Counted from the first letter of the stretch, positions 44,475-55,203 are shown. The stretch: 64,000 bases of DNA from an uncultured cyanobacterium (GCA_963706595.1 OY970166.1:5248001-5312000); one strand, 5' to 3'. The notes: generated from the letters alone by a model not told the origin. Numbers and translations are program-made.

Positions 44475-45233
44475 TTATTTATTTGATAAATCAGCAATTT
44501 GACGGCGCAATTCCTGGCGCTCACGATCAAAAATAAAAGCCTGCTCAACCACAAACCAGTTACCACGATCCACAACTTGGGGATATAGTAACACTGCCGC
44601 CGGTATCTTATTTGTCGAAAATTTTATCTCCTTGATAATCTCAGTAGCTTGGGCTGCTGTGAAGTAATTGTGAGGAACCGCCTGAGCTAAGAAATCAAGT
44701 GGTTTAGACCAATTACTGTCCAAACCATTCATGAGTTGCTTAAAAGCAGCATCACTGATCACGGCTTTACTAGACTGAGGGGGCGTACTAATAGGAGACT
44801 CACCGATGTTAGTGACAATAGAATTGAACACAGAATTAAAGTTAGCCGCAGACACACCTTTTGTTCCAGCAACCATCAATACTGCTTCTGATAACTGAGG
44901 ATTAATCCGGCGACAGAAGACGGTAGCAGTGATATCTCTTCCTTGAGCATTAATCGAGTTTTGTCTGGTATTTTGACGCACTAACCCAGAGCTTTTTATA
45001 GCAGCTTCGGCGCGGTTGAGACAAGTAGATAAATTACCATTCACTTCTACAAACTCATAGAGTAGTTGCGGCGATGCTTGAGCGGGTAGACTCCATCCTA
45101 CTATACCTAAACTCAGCAGCATAGTTCCCAGATACTTGCTCCCAAAGGCGTTGGTGTAAATTGGCATAGTGGATACTCTTAAACCAAATTTCCCCAAATC
45201 CCCTGGCTTCGGGACTGATTTTTCTGTTTTCAT
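44475..45233 (-). CDS. Exported hypothetical protein, possible C-terminal DUF4476 (true start probably the downstream Met of MPIYT)
   Basis: Signal peptide ending PAQA; C-terminal FTAAQATEIIKEIKFS...LYPQVVDR pattern. Confidence 0.6.
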   Translation of the reverse strand: MKTEKSVPKPGDLGKFGLRVSTMPIYTNAFGSKYLGTMLLSLGIVGWSLPAQASPQLLYEFVEVNGNLSTCLNRAEAAIKSSGLVRQNTRQNSINAQGRDITATVFCRRINPQLSEAVLMVAGTKGVSAANFNSVFNSIVTNIGESPISTPPQSSKAVISDAAFKQLMNGLDSNWSKPLDFLAQAVPHNYFTAAQATEIIKEIKFSTNKIPAAVLLYPQVVDRGNWFVVEQAFIFDRERQELRRQIADLSNK

Positions 45234-45239
45234 TTTATA

Positions 45240-46079
45240 GTGCAGAATGTAGGTAACTTATATTACCCAATTTTCTCAAATAACAACATCCTTATGTTAT
45301 TTTTATCTCGTCAAGCTGTAATCACGCCTTTGGTAGCCTGTTTGTGTTTGTTGGGAGTTAGCTTAATTCAGTTTCCTCAACTACAAACTTTGTTAACCAG
45401 CAAAGAAGATATCTCTTTAGATGTTCTCGAAAGAGACATTAAAACCGAAAGCTTGCGGCTGAATTTGCTGAAAAAAATGCCCAGTTTTGGTTATGGTAAT
45501 TTAATGGCTAATTGGGTTTATCTGGGTTATTTACAATATTTTGGTGATGAAGAAACTCGTGCTAAAACAGGTTATCGCCTCAGTCCAGAATATTTTGAAA
45601 TTGTTTTAGAACAAGACCCACGCTTTTTAGCAGCTTATTTGAGCCTTTCTACCAGTGCTTCTATATACGCTGGGATGCCAGAACGCTCTATAGAAATTAT
45701 GGAGAGGGGTTTACAGTCTTTGTCTCCCTGGGTTCCTCAAAGGTCTTATTATGTGTGGCGTTATAAGGGCATTGATGAGTTATTATTTTTAGGAGACACG
45801 AAATCTGCTCAGGAATCTTTTGCGACTGCGGCAGAATGGGCTAGTAATTTTTCAGATGATGAAAGTCAATCAATTGCTGCGAGTTCTCGGCAAACTTCTA
45901 TATTTTTAAGTCAAAATCCTGATAGTAAAAACGCGCAGATATCCGCCTGGGTTATGGTGTTAAATAATCAAATTGATGACAAGACTCGTGCCAGAGCAAT
46001 TAGCGAAATTGAGGCTTTGGGCGCACAGGTGACTATTACCCCGGAAGGAAATAGAATTTCATTTCCTGAACAAGAATAA
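45240..46079 (+). CDS. Conserved cyanobacterial hypothetical protein, TPR-like with an N-terminal TM helix
   Basis: 279-aa ORF; MPSFGYGNLMANWVYLGYLQYFGD block. Confidence 0.65.
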   Translation: MQNVGNLYYPIFSNNNILMLFLSRQAVITPLVACLCLLGVSLIQFPQLQTLLTSKEDISLDVLERDIKTESLRLNLLKKMPSFGYGNLMANWVYLGYLQYFGDEETRAKTGYRLSPEYFEIVLEQDPRFLAAYLSLSTSASIYAGMPERSIEIMERGLQSLSPWVPQRSYYVWRYKGIDELLFLGDTKSAQESFATAAEWASNFSDDESQSIAASSRQTSIFLSQNPDSKNAQISAWVMVLNNQIDDKTRARAISEIEALGAQVTITPEGNRISFPEQE

Positions 46080-46117
46080 ACCCCACCCCCAGCCCCTCCC
46101 CGCAAGCGAGAAGGAGA
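46079..46117. repeat. Dispersed G/C-rich palindromic repeat, copy 2 (inverted)
   Basis: Reverse complement of the 651-690 repeat. Confidence 0.8.
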
Positions 46118-46148
46118 GTTTAAGAGTTGTATATAGTAGGTTAGTGTT

Positions 46149-46922
46149 ATTTATTGGTATAAAGGCAAATTTATAGAATCCCAAACTCTGGAGTTAGATA
46201 TTAATGATCCGGGGTTACTTTTTGGGGCTACGGTATTTACAACGGTGCGGGTTTATGGTAATAGCCTCGATAGTAGTTTAACTAATTGGGTGGGACATTG
46301 CGATCGCCTACTTTTCTCTTTACAATCTTTTGGTTGGCGAGAACCAAATTGGCATCTGGTGCGTCAAGGTGCGGAAATTCTGGCGGAACATTTCCCGATT
46401 CTGAGAATTACTCTGTTTGCTGATGGCCGAGAATGGATAACTGGAAGGTTATTACCACCGGATTTAATCGAAAGACAACAACACGGCATTACCACAAATC
46501 TGGCATTATCGAACTTTTATCGCAGTCTGCCTTCTCATAAAACTGGCAACTATCTGAGTGCTTGGTTGGCGAAGACTCACGCCCAACAGTTAAATTCTCA
46601 GGAAGCCATTTTAATCGATGCCACAGGCAATTGGCTAGAAACTACCACAGGAAACCTTTGGGGATGGCAGAATGGTAGTTGGTGGACTCCACCATTAACA
46701 GAGGGCATTTTACCGGGAATCGTGCGATCGCAATTAATCAAGAATCTGTCCACAGTCTTGGAGTCACCTTGGAATGCCGAGTTAGTGCGGGGATTTGAAG
46801 CGATCGCCTACACTAATAGTGTGGTAGAAATTATTCCCATTCACACCGTTGTGCAGCCCACAGGGTCGCTACAATATAATCCCTACCATTCTAGTTTTCT
46901 ACAAATCAGGGAGCTTTTTTAA
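46149..46922 (+). CDS. Aminotransferase class IV / 4-amino-4-deoxychorismate lyase-like
   Basis: HKTGNY, ETTTGN and GILPGIVR motifs. The frame extends upstream of 46245 as IYWYKG...DPGLLFGATVFTTVR to a TAG at 46137. Confidence 0.85.
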   Translation: MYWYKGKFIESQTLELDINDPGLLFGATVFTTVRVYGNSLDSSLTNWVGHCDRLLFSLQSFGWREPNWHLVRQGAEILAEHFPILRITLFADGREWITGRLLPPDLIERQQHGITTNLALSNFYRSLPSHKTGNYLSAWLAKTHAQQLNSQEAILIDATGNWLETTTGNLWGWQNGSWWTPPLTEGILPGIVRSQLIKNLSTVLESPWNAELVRGFEAIAYTNSVVEIIPIHTVVQPTGSLQYNPYHSSFLQIRELF

Positions 46923-47039
46923 CATGACAGCCGCACCGTTATGTTATACCTTAAGATAAGTTAACATAATTCTTAATAATGCCCTCTCATATCAGAGAAG
47001 CTACGCTAACTCACAAAAAATACAGGAGGATAGACCTCA

Positions 47040-48878
47040 GTGAATAAAAGATGGAGAAATGCGGGGCTGTATGCGCTGCTATTTATAGTTGTCATTGCTC
47101 TAGGAACAGCATTCTTTGACAAACAACCTCAAACTAGAGAAACATGGCGATACAGTCAATTTATTCAAGAAGTTGACAAAGGCAGTGTAGATAGAGTCAG
47201 TCTGAGTGCAGACCGCTCTACAGCACTTGTTACCTCCAGAGATGGTGACAAAAAGGTAGTAACTTTAGTCAATGACCCTGATTTAATCAATAATTTGACT
47301 GAAAAGGGCGTTGATATCGCTGTTATGCCCCAAACTGACGAAGGATTTTGGTTTAAAGCACTGAGCAGTTTATTTTTCCCTGTATTGCTTCTGGTGGGTT
47401 TATTCTTCTTACTACGTCGCGCTCAAAGTGGTCCTGGAAACCAAGCCATGAACTTTGGTAAATCCAAAGCCAGAGTGCAAATGGAACCACAAACACAGGT
47501 AACATTTGGCGATGTCGCTGGTATTGACCAAGCCAAGCTGGAATTAAACGAAGTAGTAGACTTTCTGAAAAACGCCGACCGCTTTACCGCAGTTGGAGCC
47601 AAAATTCCTAAAGGTGTATTATTAGTTGGACCTCCTGGTACAGGTAAAACCCTCCTCGCTCGTGCTGTAGCTGGTGAAGCTGGTGTACCCTTCTTTTCCA
47701 TCTCTGGTTCTGAATTTGTGGAAATGTTCGTTGGTGTGGGTGCTTCCCGCGTCCGCGATTTGTTTGAACAAGCTAAAACCAACGCTCCTTGTATCGTATT
47801 TATCGATGAAATTGACGCTGTAGGTCGTCAACGGGGTGCAGGTTTAGGCGGTGGTAACGATGAACGGGAGCAAACCCTCAACCAGTTACTCACCGAAATG
47901 GATGGTTTTGAAGGTAATACAGGCATTATTATAATTGCTGCTACCAACCGTCCTGATGTCTTAGATGCAGCCTTATTGCGTCCTGGTCGTTTTGACCGTC
48001 AAGTAGTTGTAGACCGTCCTGACTATGCTGGACGTAGCGAAATTCTCAAAGTTCACGCCCGTGGTAAGACCTTAGCCAAGGATGTAGACTTAGATAAAAT
48101 TGCTCGTCGGACTCCTGGTTTTACCGGCGCAGACTTATCCAACTTGCTCAACGAAGCGGCAATTTTGGCAGCACGGCGCAACTTGACTGAAATTTCCATG
48201 GATGAAATCAATGATGCCATTGATCGCGTCTTAGCTGGACCAGAGAAGAAAGACCGGGTAATGAGCGAGAAGCGCAAAACCCTAGTAGCTTATCACGAAG
48301 CTGGTCACGCTTTAGTTGGTGCTTTGATGCCCGACTATGACCCAGTACAAAAAATCAGCATTATTCCTCGCGGTCGTGCTGGTGGTTTAACTTGGTTTAC
48401 TCCTAGTGAAGACCGGATGGACACAGGCTTGTATAGCCGTTCTTATCTGGAAAATCAAATGGCTGTAGCTTTAGGCGGTCGTTTAGCTGAAGAATTAATC
48501 TTTGGTGATGAAGAAGTTACCACTGGTGCTTCTAATGACTTGCAACAAGTAGCCCGTGTAGCGCGTCAGATGATTACTCGCTTTGGAATGAGCGATCGCT
48601 TGGGACCAGTCGCTCTTGGTCGTCAGCAAGGTAATATGTTCTTAGGCAGAGATATCATGTCAGAGCGTGATTTCTCCGAAGAAACTGCTGCTGCGATTGA
48701 TGAAGAAGTTCGTAAACTGGTGGATGTAGCTTATACACGAGCTAAAGAAGTATTAGTTAACAATCGCCACATTCTTGATTTGATTGCGAAAATGCTGGTG
48801 GAAAAAGAAACAGTAGATTCCGACGAACTGCAAGAAATTTTGACAAATAACGATGTCAAAACTGCTGCTTTCGCTTAA
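47040..48878 (+). CDS. ftsH3: ATP-dependent zinc metalloprotease FtsH (FtsH3 type)
   Basis: [22 protein letters not shown]-terminus [12 protein letters not shown]. Confidence 0.95.
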   Translation: MNKRWRNAGLYALLFIVVIALGTAFFDKQPQTRETWRYSQFIQEVDKGSVDRVSLSADRSTALVTSRDGDKKVVTLVNDPDLINNLTEKGVDIAVMPQTDEGFWFKALSSLFFPVLLLVGLFFLLRRAQSGPGNQAMNFGKSKARVQMEPQTQVTFGDVAGIDQAKLELNEVVDFLKNADRFTAVGAKIPKGVLLVGPPGTGKTLLARAVAGEAGVPFFSISGSEFVEMFVGVGASRVRDLFEQAKTNAPCIVFIDEIDAVGRQRGAGLGGGNDEREQTLNQLLTEMDGFEGNTGIIIIAATNRPDVLDAALLRPGRFDRQVVVDRPDYAGRSEILKVHARGKTLAKDVDLDKIARRTPGFTGADLSNLLNEAAILAARRNLTEISMDEINDAIDRVLAGPEKKDRVMSEKRKTLVAYHEAGHALVGALMPDYDPVQKISIIPRGRAGGLTWFTPSEDRMDTGLYSRSYLENQMAVALGGRLAEELIFGDEEVTTGASNDLQQVARVARQMITRFGMSDRLGPVALGRQQGNMFLGRDIMSERDFSEETAAAIDEEVRKLVDVAYTRAKEVLVNNRHILDLIAKMLVEKETVDSDELQEILTNNDVKTAAFA

Positions 48879-48901
48879 TTAACTTTGGTTGCAGTTTAAC
48901 T

Positions 48902-48945
48902 AAAATTGGGTAGTTCTGGTTTTTCCAGAGTTACCCAATTTTTTT
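48902..48945 (+). terminator. Rho-independent terminator of ftsH (possibly bidirectional)
   Basis: AAAATTGGGTAGTTCTGG-TTTT-TCCAGAGTTACCCAATTTTTTT. Confidence 0.8.
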
Positions 48946-48959
48946 ATATCGAGAGGCTT

Positions 48960-48992
48960 AGATCCCCGACTTCTTGAAGAAGTCGGGGATCT
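48960..48992. repeat. Perfect 16-bp-arm palindrome (REP-like)
   Basis: AGATCCCCGACTTCTT-G-AAGAAGTCGGGGATCT. Confidence 0.85.
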
Positions 48993-49022
48993 TTCTTTTC
49001 TTTGGGTTAGTAAATAATGCTG

Positions 49023-51497
49023 CTAATTGAAATTTATATATTCAGAAGTATATTCAGCAGGAAGTAAACGAATAAACTGACTTGGAGATTTTTGGTAGTT
49101 TTTAGAATCTCGGAGAAAAGCCGAAATAAACAAACGTTTTTTTGCCCTTGTCATCGCCACATAAAACAGGCGCTTTTCCTCTTCTAGCTTACCATCCCGG
49201 ACACTGAAATAAGTTGGAAACTCATCTTCAGATAAACCTGCGAGAAAAACCGTATCGAATTCCAAACCTTTTGATTGATGAATCGTGATAATCAGAACTT
49301 GATTATTATCCTGAGAAATTTGGTCTAAATTTTTCGCTAATGCAGTATAATCAATAATACTTCGTAGTGCAGTATCTGGATGTAGTTCTAAATCATCCTG
49401 CTTTTGAAAAATCTTGACTAGCCTTTTGAGATTTTCTAGACGTTGTGGTTCCTGCTGTTGATAATAGTCATATAAACGAGACTCAACTAAAATTTTACCC
49501 AACAAATCTGCTGGGCGCAACCTCTGGCTTGCATCTCTCCACGCTTCAATAGTATTAGCTAAAGTTTCAAATTCTTCTCCATAACGATAGACTAAAGCTT
49601 GACGATAGTCAGCACGTACTTTGACTAAAGGTATGAGAATTGCCAATAATTCAACCGTTGTCAGAGTATCATCCATAGCATGATGATTTGGTACTTGATG
49701 CAGGTTTAATTTATTTGCTAAATTTGACAAACTATAGCTATCTGATTTTATAAACCTTTTAGCTAAATCCCAAGTATCCGCCCATTGAAATTTAGGAGTT
49801 GATAAACCTAACTTTTGAGCATGGGCTATGATCATTTTAATATCAAAACCCAGATTATGCCCAACTAAAAAGGCATCTTGAATAAAATCTAAAAATCTCT
49901 CAAATACATCAATTGCATTCTCGCCATTAGTTGCTAAGAACTCATCACTGTAACCATGTATTTGTTCAGAATCTCCCACAGCAACAGTATTTTGAATATA
50001 AGCATGAAATTCTGCTTTCACCTGTCCCTTAACTAATTTTACCGCCGCAATTTCGATGACTTCATCTTGACTCACTGAAAAACCAGTTGTTTCCACATCA
50101 AAAACAACAATTGTGCCATTATTATAAGCAGATATTAAATTACTAAAAGGGTCGCCATCAATAAAGGTTTGAGTAGATACCATATCAGTGAGTTTAAACC
50201 CACAAGCGTCACCCTCTTGGATAACATTTTCAATGGTGACAGAACCTATACCACGACTGGGACGTATTAATAGCCGCCGCATTGAACCTGTATCAAAAGG
50301 GTTTAAAACTAACCGCAGATAAGCCAGAGCATCCTTAACTTCCTGACGCATAAAAAATTGATGCTGCTCGACTGTAACACAGGGAATATTTAACTGTTCT
50401 AGAACTTTAGTAACAATCTCAATTCGTTTGTGATTTCTAGTTAAAACAGCAACACGATTATAGAGCATATCGGGGTCATTATGAGATAATTTTTTAATCT
50501 GCGCCCCAATCCATTGAGCTTCATCGAGTTCATTTTTAGCTGCATAAATGGGAATTAATTCTCCCACTTCACAAACAGGTGCGGGAGTAATTTTTGTATA
50601 TCTTTGTTCAAAAGAATCAGCAAAACCAGAAGCAGCCTTGAGTAATGTTTGAGTCGCGCGGTAGTTCCAAGTGAGAGAGTATTCTTGAGGTTGAAATTCT
50701 TGTTTAAATTGACTAATAACTTTATCAGGTTCGGAACCTCGCCACTCGTAAATAGTTTGGTCTAAATCACCAATCATGGCGATATTACCAGTAGGAGAAG
50801 CTAAACATCTGACAATTTCATATTCAGATAGATGAGTATCTTGGACTTCATCAACTTGGATAAACTCAAAGCGTTGCTTCCATCTTTGTTGAATTTCCGG
50901 ATAATATTGCAGCATGGAACGCACGTAAAATATTAAGTCTGCAAAATCGACAGCATGACGTTCTTGAAGAATGCTTTGATATTTACTCGCTAATTGTGCT
51001 TGACGTATTCCTAGAGATGCAAACAGTTTTTCTAAGGGATAATGGGGTGATAACTGCAACTGACTAGCTTTAACTTTACAATCAGCTAATTTAGAAAATA
51101 TATCTTGAGCTTCTTTGTCCTTTGTGAAACGGAAAATATCTTTAATCAGTCCTAGACAGTCAGCATCATCATAAACTACAAAATCTGCTGGTAAACCAAT
51201 TTGACGAGCTTCAACTCGCAGCATGGAAGTACATAAACTATGAAAGGTTTTTATAGTGATGTAGCGAAATTCTTGAGGACACATTTCTGCTAACCTTTCT
51301 TGCATTTCTTTAGCTGCTCGGTTAGTGAAAGTCAAACACAGAATTTTTTCAGCAGGAATACCGCTTTGAATAGCTTGAACTACTCTTGATGATAAAACGC
51401 GGGTTTTACCAGTTCCCACGGGAGCAAGAACTAAAATTGCTCCGTTGATGTGGTTGATGATTTTTAATTGGTCTGGATTGGGTCGGGTTTGTGACAT
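49023..51497 (-). CDS. UvrD/PcrA-like SF1 helicase with an inserted DEDDh 3'-5' exonuclease domain
   Basis: APVGTGKT, TFTNRAA, VDEVQD, GDLDQTIYEWRGS, TIHQSKGLEFD, EEKRLFYVAMTRAK. Insert: FDVETTG..HNLGFD..HHAMDD. Confidence 0.92.
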   Translation of the reverse strand: MSQTRPNPDQLKIINHINGAILVLAPVGTGKTRVLSSRVVQAIQSGIPAEKILCLTFTNRAAKEMQERLAEMCPQEFRYITIKTFHSLCTSMLRVEARQIGLPADFVVYDDADCLGLIKDIFRFTKDKEAQDIFSKLADCKVKASQLQLSPHYPLEKLFASLGIRQAQLASKYQSILQERHAVDFADLIFYVRSMLQYYPEIQQRWKQRFEFIQVDEVQDTHLSEYEIVRCLASPTGNIAMIGDLDQTIYEWRGSEPDKVISQFKQEFQPQEYSLTWNYRATQTLLKAASGFADSFEQRYTKITPAPVCEVGELIPIYAAKNELDEAQWIGAQIKKLSHNDPDMLYNRVAVLTRNHKRIEIVTKVLEQLNIPCVTVEQHQFFMRQEVKDALAYLRLVLNPFDTGSMRRLLIRPSRGIGSVTIENVIQEGDACGFKLTDMVSTQTFIDGDPFSNLISAYNNGTIVVFDVETTGFSVSQDEVIEIAAVKLVKGQVKAEFHAYIQNTVAVGDSEQIHGYSDEFLATNGENAIDVFERFLDFIQDAFLVGHNLGFDIKMIIAHAQKLGLSTPKFQWADTWDLAKRFIKSDSYSLSNLANKLNLHQVPNHHAMDDTLTTVELLAILIPLVKVRADYRQALVYRYGEEFETLANTIEAWRDASQRLRPADLLGKILVESRLYDYYQQQEPQRLENLKRLVKIFQKQDDLELHPDTALRSIIDYTALAKNLDQISQDNNQVLIITIHQSKGLEFDTVFLAGLSEDEFPTYFSVRDGKLEEEKRLFYVAMTRAKKRLFISAFLRDSKNYQKSPSQFIRLLPAEYTSEYINFN

Positions 51498-51508
51498 AGA
51501 AAACTTAT

Positions 51509-54500
51509 TTAAATACCGAGAGATTTATAGGGTTTATCTTCTCGAGAACTTGATTGTTTTAGACTGTAATAAGAACGAACTAATGCAGGTTCATCTTGAT
51601 CAAAAAGTACTGAGACTTTTCCATCTAATGCAAGCTTACATGAATCAGAAATGAGATAATCTGTTGCTTTGCATAAATCTTCTAAATTGGAAAGACTAGC
51701 CAACTTTGCTGGGTCATGTAATCCCAAAATTAATATATAGTTTTTCTTTATCCTAGTAATAATTTGAGGAGAACTAGCTAATATGTCGCAAATTGATTGA
51801 ATAGTTTGGTGATCCTCAAACTGTTTAGCAACAGATCCTAGATATAACCATGTTTCAGTTGCTTTGAGGCGTTCAATATCAGATTTACCTTCTATGGCAG
51901 ATTTGAAAATAAATTCCCAATCTTTTACATCAAGATTTGGCAAAAAACGCATGGCTTCCAGAATAACAGCACGCAGGTAATTACTTGTTTCATTTGTTTT
52001 GTTAATATACTCTTCTTGTAGCTGTTTAATAGCTTCAGTATAACCTTGACGTGCCAGACTAAGAATAACATCTAGTAAGTCTCTTATGACAAATAATTCT
52101 TCGTCGCAAATCAGTTTAACAATTTCTATCCATACGTCATCAAACTCTTGCCATGCGTCATAAAACTCTTTATTAAAACCTAAAATTGATAATTTATTGA
52201 TAGCAAATCTTAAGTGGGTTTCCTCCTTTCTTTGTTTAATTTTAAGTTTACGTTTTTCTTCATTTGTACTGGGTGTGCGACTTTTTCTTTGTGCAATAAC
52301 TTCTCTCAATGAAGCAAGGCTATTATAAAACAACTGAAGAATTTTTTGTTTTAAATCTTTTTTATCTTTTAGCCATAGACATTCTAAATTATCAAAGCTT
52401 CTTGTCCAGTTGGAAATGATATTAAAATTACTGCCATTAGGAAAATGTGGTAATTTTAATTCGTTAATTGTATTCTCGCTCTGCTGGAATAAAATCTGAT
52501 AAATTTTTCTGCTTAGATAAGTATCGCTAACATATATATTAATTGAAAAAAGACACTGCTGATATATTTTTATTAACTGCCACCAAAGAATTTCTTTTTC
52601 ACTATTATGAGCAAATCTAAATTTTGTACGGTAGTTCGAGTTCATTAACCATAATTTATACATTAAAAAGTTAAATTCTTTGCCTAATTTTTCTAACGCA
52701 TCATCGTCAGCAAAAACTTCTAAAAACAAATTTATATTTTTATAAACATCAGTTTTATCATTATTAATTGCAAGTCCAAGCTTTTCTAACTCGTCATACA
52801 ATACAGATTTAACATTCTCAATATATCTGACATCTGCACTAGGTAGAATCATAATTATATCATCAACATAGCGGTAAAAATCTAGTTGAAATTGCTTATT
52901 ATTTCTCAAATTGTTATCTAAAGAGATTAAATATAAATTTGCATAAAATCCTGATGTATTTGTACCTTGATTCAGCCCTATTTCCTCTCGAATTTTGGCG
53001 GAATTATCATAACTTAAATCTCTATAAATAAGTTTCCTTAATAACCACTCAATACGTTTACTACTTTGTCCATCTTTTTCTAGTTTATACTTAACAATAT
53101 CGAGAAGCTTATTTTGCTTTATTTTGGTATAGTAAGCTTGGATGTCAGTTCTCAGAACTACACCATCTTTATTTTTTTGCCTTTTCGCACTTTTAGTCAC
53201 ATCTTCTCTAAACTTTTTCCAGTCTTCCCACCAGTTTTCATATAAATATTCTGTTTCATTCTCATAGGATTTTTTTTGGGGCTTATAGGTATAAAAATCA
53301 AGCTCCATTTTTTGACCAATTACTTGAATAATTGCATTTGCTAAGATTTCTTCCTCTAGCCTCGAAAGTTGTTTAGGACGACTACTGGTACTTCCTTTGG
53401 GAATATTAGCTGATACTGTTTCTTTACGAGCATCTATGAGATAGCAATAATCTATTAAGCACTGCTGCATTTCTCGAAGATGATGTTCTAGATGTCTTTC
53501 AAACAATAAAATTTCTATGTCATCATATAGGAATTCATCCAATACATTTTTTCTGGCTCTAACCCAGGCTAACTCAAGATTTTTAAGATCGATAACTCCC
53601 GCCCAATTTTTATCTTGTTCTACTTCACGATTAGTAATAGTTAAAAAGCTAACTGGAAAGGTTGAAGAATAATGTGATTTATTATTATCAAACCAATAAC
53701 TATCAATAGGATTATTAAATTCAACTTGCTGTAATTGTTTTAAATTATCATTTTTGCACAGTGCATGACTATCATTAATTACTTTTTCAACAGCTTTAAC
53801 TATTTCTGCCATCCCTTCGTTTAATTGATAATAAGAATAATTTTGGCGAATATGCTTATCCATATCTTTTGTGCCTACAGTCAATAGATGTAAATTTTCT
53901 AGTGGTACTTCTTCTAATAGTTGCTTATATGATAAAGCTTCTTCTTGCCAAATTTCTTTCTCATCTGGCATAATTAAATCAACCTCTACACCTAAATCTT
54001 TGAGCTTTTCATATTGTTGTTTTTTAAAAAGTTCTTCTTGATTTAATGATGAAACAATATCAAGTTGGGTAATTAAAAGATTGGATATAACAGGATGCTC
54101 CCAAAATATGCGTTTCTTTTGAAGATAGCGCATTGTAGTAATAATTCCTTTGGGAACACTCTCACAGATAGGCTGAAACTCTAAATGAATGTTGAATGAT
54201 TTAATATTCTCTTTGATTTCCTGCATTAACTTGCTATATAGTGTAAAACCATAAATACTAGGGTCAATACCTAGACAAATAATTTCCAGTGGATTTGAAA
54301 TTTCTTCATCCTTCTTCCACGCTAAAATTCTCTCAATAAAAGCAGCAGAGGCGGCTCCCATAGCACCTATATCTATTAGACAGATACGTGGGTTATATTT
54401 GAGTCTGTTGAGTAGTTTAGTTGATTGAATAGTTTTTTCTAGAATATGGGCAGCTTCAAAATAGTAACGCGGAAAAAGAGCATAGAATTGAAAAGCTGTA

Positions 54501-55057
54501 TTTTTTAAATCTGCTTTATCTAACGAATACCAAATATCTTGTGCATAATCGAGTTCCTTGTATCCGTTAGCTTCTGGCCTTTCTGATAACCATTGATGTA
54601 CAGCAGAGTAAGCAGATTCAATCACAGGATGAAAAGAGCGATAAATTTTGGCCTCTTTAGCCATAACTAAATTCGTGAGTTGTTTCGACTTTTGCGCGGG
54701 AAGTCCTGATAGTGCTTGTAACAAGAGTTCCTTGGCTATGTCATTAATAGCCTTTCCATCATTTTCGGCTCTCTGTTTTAAAGCTTCTATGGTTTCATCC
54801 TCTAGTCGAATAGTGACTACCCTTCCTGGTTCCCATAAGATAGTTAACTCACCATTGAGAACCTGAACAACATCTTCAATAGTTTCTAGTCTAGATTTAC
54901 CAGGATTTTCTATTGCTTTACTAATAGAACTGTGATATCGCGAAGCAGGGGAAACATCTCCTCCTATGGCTCGATATTCTGCAAATTCCTTGGCTAGTTT
55001 GTACAACGTCCAGTCCAACTTCTTGAGACGTTGCTCGAAATCCTCTTTTTGTATCAT
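51509..55057 (-). CDS. Multidomain reverse transcriptase (UG/Abi-like): HTH - RHH - SAM methyltransferase-like - RT - alpha-helical repeats
   Basis: RT blocks NLELAW, PKGSTSSRP, TDIQAYYTKI, GLNQGTNTSGFYANLYL, YRYVDDI and LGLAINNDKT. N-terminal Cro-like HTH, then RHH VTIRLEDETIEALKQRA. LIDIGAMGAAS and LGIDPS resemble MTase motifs. Confidence 0.88.
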   Translation of the reverse strand: MIQKEDFEQRLKKLDWTLYKLAKEFAEYRAIGGDVSPASRYHSSISKAIENPGKSRLETIEDVVQVLNGELTILWEPGRVVTIRLEDETIEALKQRAENDGKAINDIAKELLLQALSGLPAQKSKQLTNLVMAKEAKIYRSFHPVIESAYSAVHQWLSERPEANGYKELDYAQDIWYSLDKADLKNTAFQFYALFPRYYFEAAHILEKTIQSTKLLNRLKYNPRICLIDIGAMGAASAAFIERILAWKKDEEISNPLEIICLGIDPSIYGFTLYSKLMQEIKENIKSFNIHLEFQPICESVPKGIITTMRYLQKKRIFWEHPVISNLLITQLDIVSSLNQEELFKKQQYEKLKDLGVEVDLIMPDEKEIWQEEALSYKQLLEEVPLENLHLLTVGTKDMDKHIRQNYSYYQLNEGMAEIVKAVEKVINDSHALCKNDNLKQLQQVEFNNPIDSYWFDNNKSHYSSTFPVSFLTITNREVEQDKNWAGVIDLKNLELAWVRARKNVLDEFLYDDIEILLFERHLEHHLREMQQCLIDYCYLIDARKETVSANIPKGSTSSRPKQLSRLEEEILANAIIQVIGQKMELDFYTYKPQKKSYENETEYLYENWWEDWKKFREDVTKSAKRQKNKDGVVLRTDIQAYYTKIKQNKLLDIVKYKLEKDGQSSKRIEWLLRKLIYRDLSYDNSAKIREEIGLNQGTNTSGFYANLYLISLDNNLRNNKQFQLDFYRYVDDIIMILPSADVRYIENVKSVLYDELEKLGLAINNDKTDVYKNINLFLEVFADDDALEKLGKEFNFLMYKLWLMNSNYRTKFRFAHNSEKEILWWQLIKIYQQCLFSINIYVSDTYLSRKIYQILFQQSENTINELKLPHFPNGSNFNIISNWTRSFDNLECLWLKDKKDLKQKILQLFYNSLASLREVIAQRKSRTPSTNEEKRKLKIKQRKEETHLRFAINKLSILGFNKEFYDAWQEFDDVWIEIVKLICDEELFVIRDLLDVILSLARQGYTEAIKQLQEEYINKTNETSNYLRAVILEAMRFLPNLDVKDWEFIFKSAIEGKSDIERLKATETWLYLGSVAKQFEDHQTIQSICDILASSPQIITRIKKNYILILGLHDPAKLASLSNLEDLCKATDYLISDSCKLALDGKVSVLFDQDEPALVRSYYSLKQSSSREDKPYKSLGI

Positions 55058-55096
55058 TTTTGTCTGCTCCCCTATGTGTTGGCTGTTGATAAACTC

Positions 55097-55125
55097 AGCT
55101 TATCCCCATTTATGTATTACGTCAA
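55097..55125 (-). promoter_or_regulatory. Sigma70-type promoter for the RT-helicase operon
   Basis: Minus strand TTGACG-N17-TAAGCT; RBS AGGGGAG at 55067-55073. Confidence 0.65.
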
Positions 55126-55164
55126 TGATATAGTTTACTAAAAAAGTTGGCGACAACAAAAATC

Positions 55165-55193
55165 TTGACAGTGTTTAATTTGCGTGTAACAAT
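55165..55193 (+). promoter_or_regulatory. Divergent sigma70-type promoter
   Basis: TTGACA-N17-AACAAT with extended -10 TG. Confidence 0.6.
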
Positions 55194-55203
55194 AGCTGAA
55201 GAC

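Noticed and set aside
51509..55057. RT as a group II intron, retron or CRISPR-associated RT
   Set aside because: No maturase/HNH domain, intron RNA ends, VTG motif, msr-msd inverted repeats, cas genes or array were seen.
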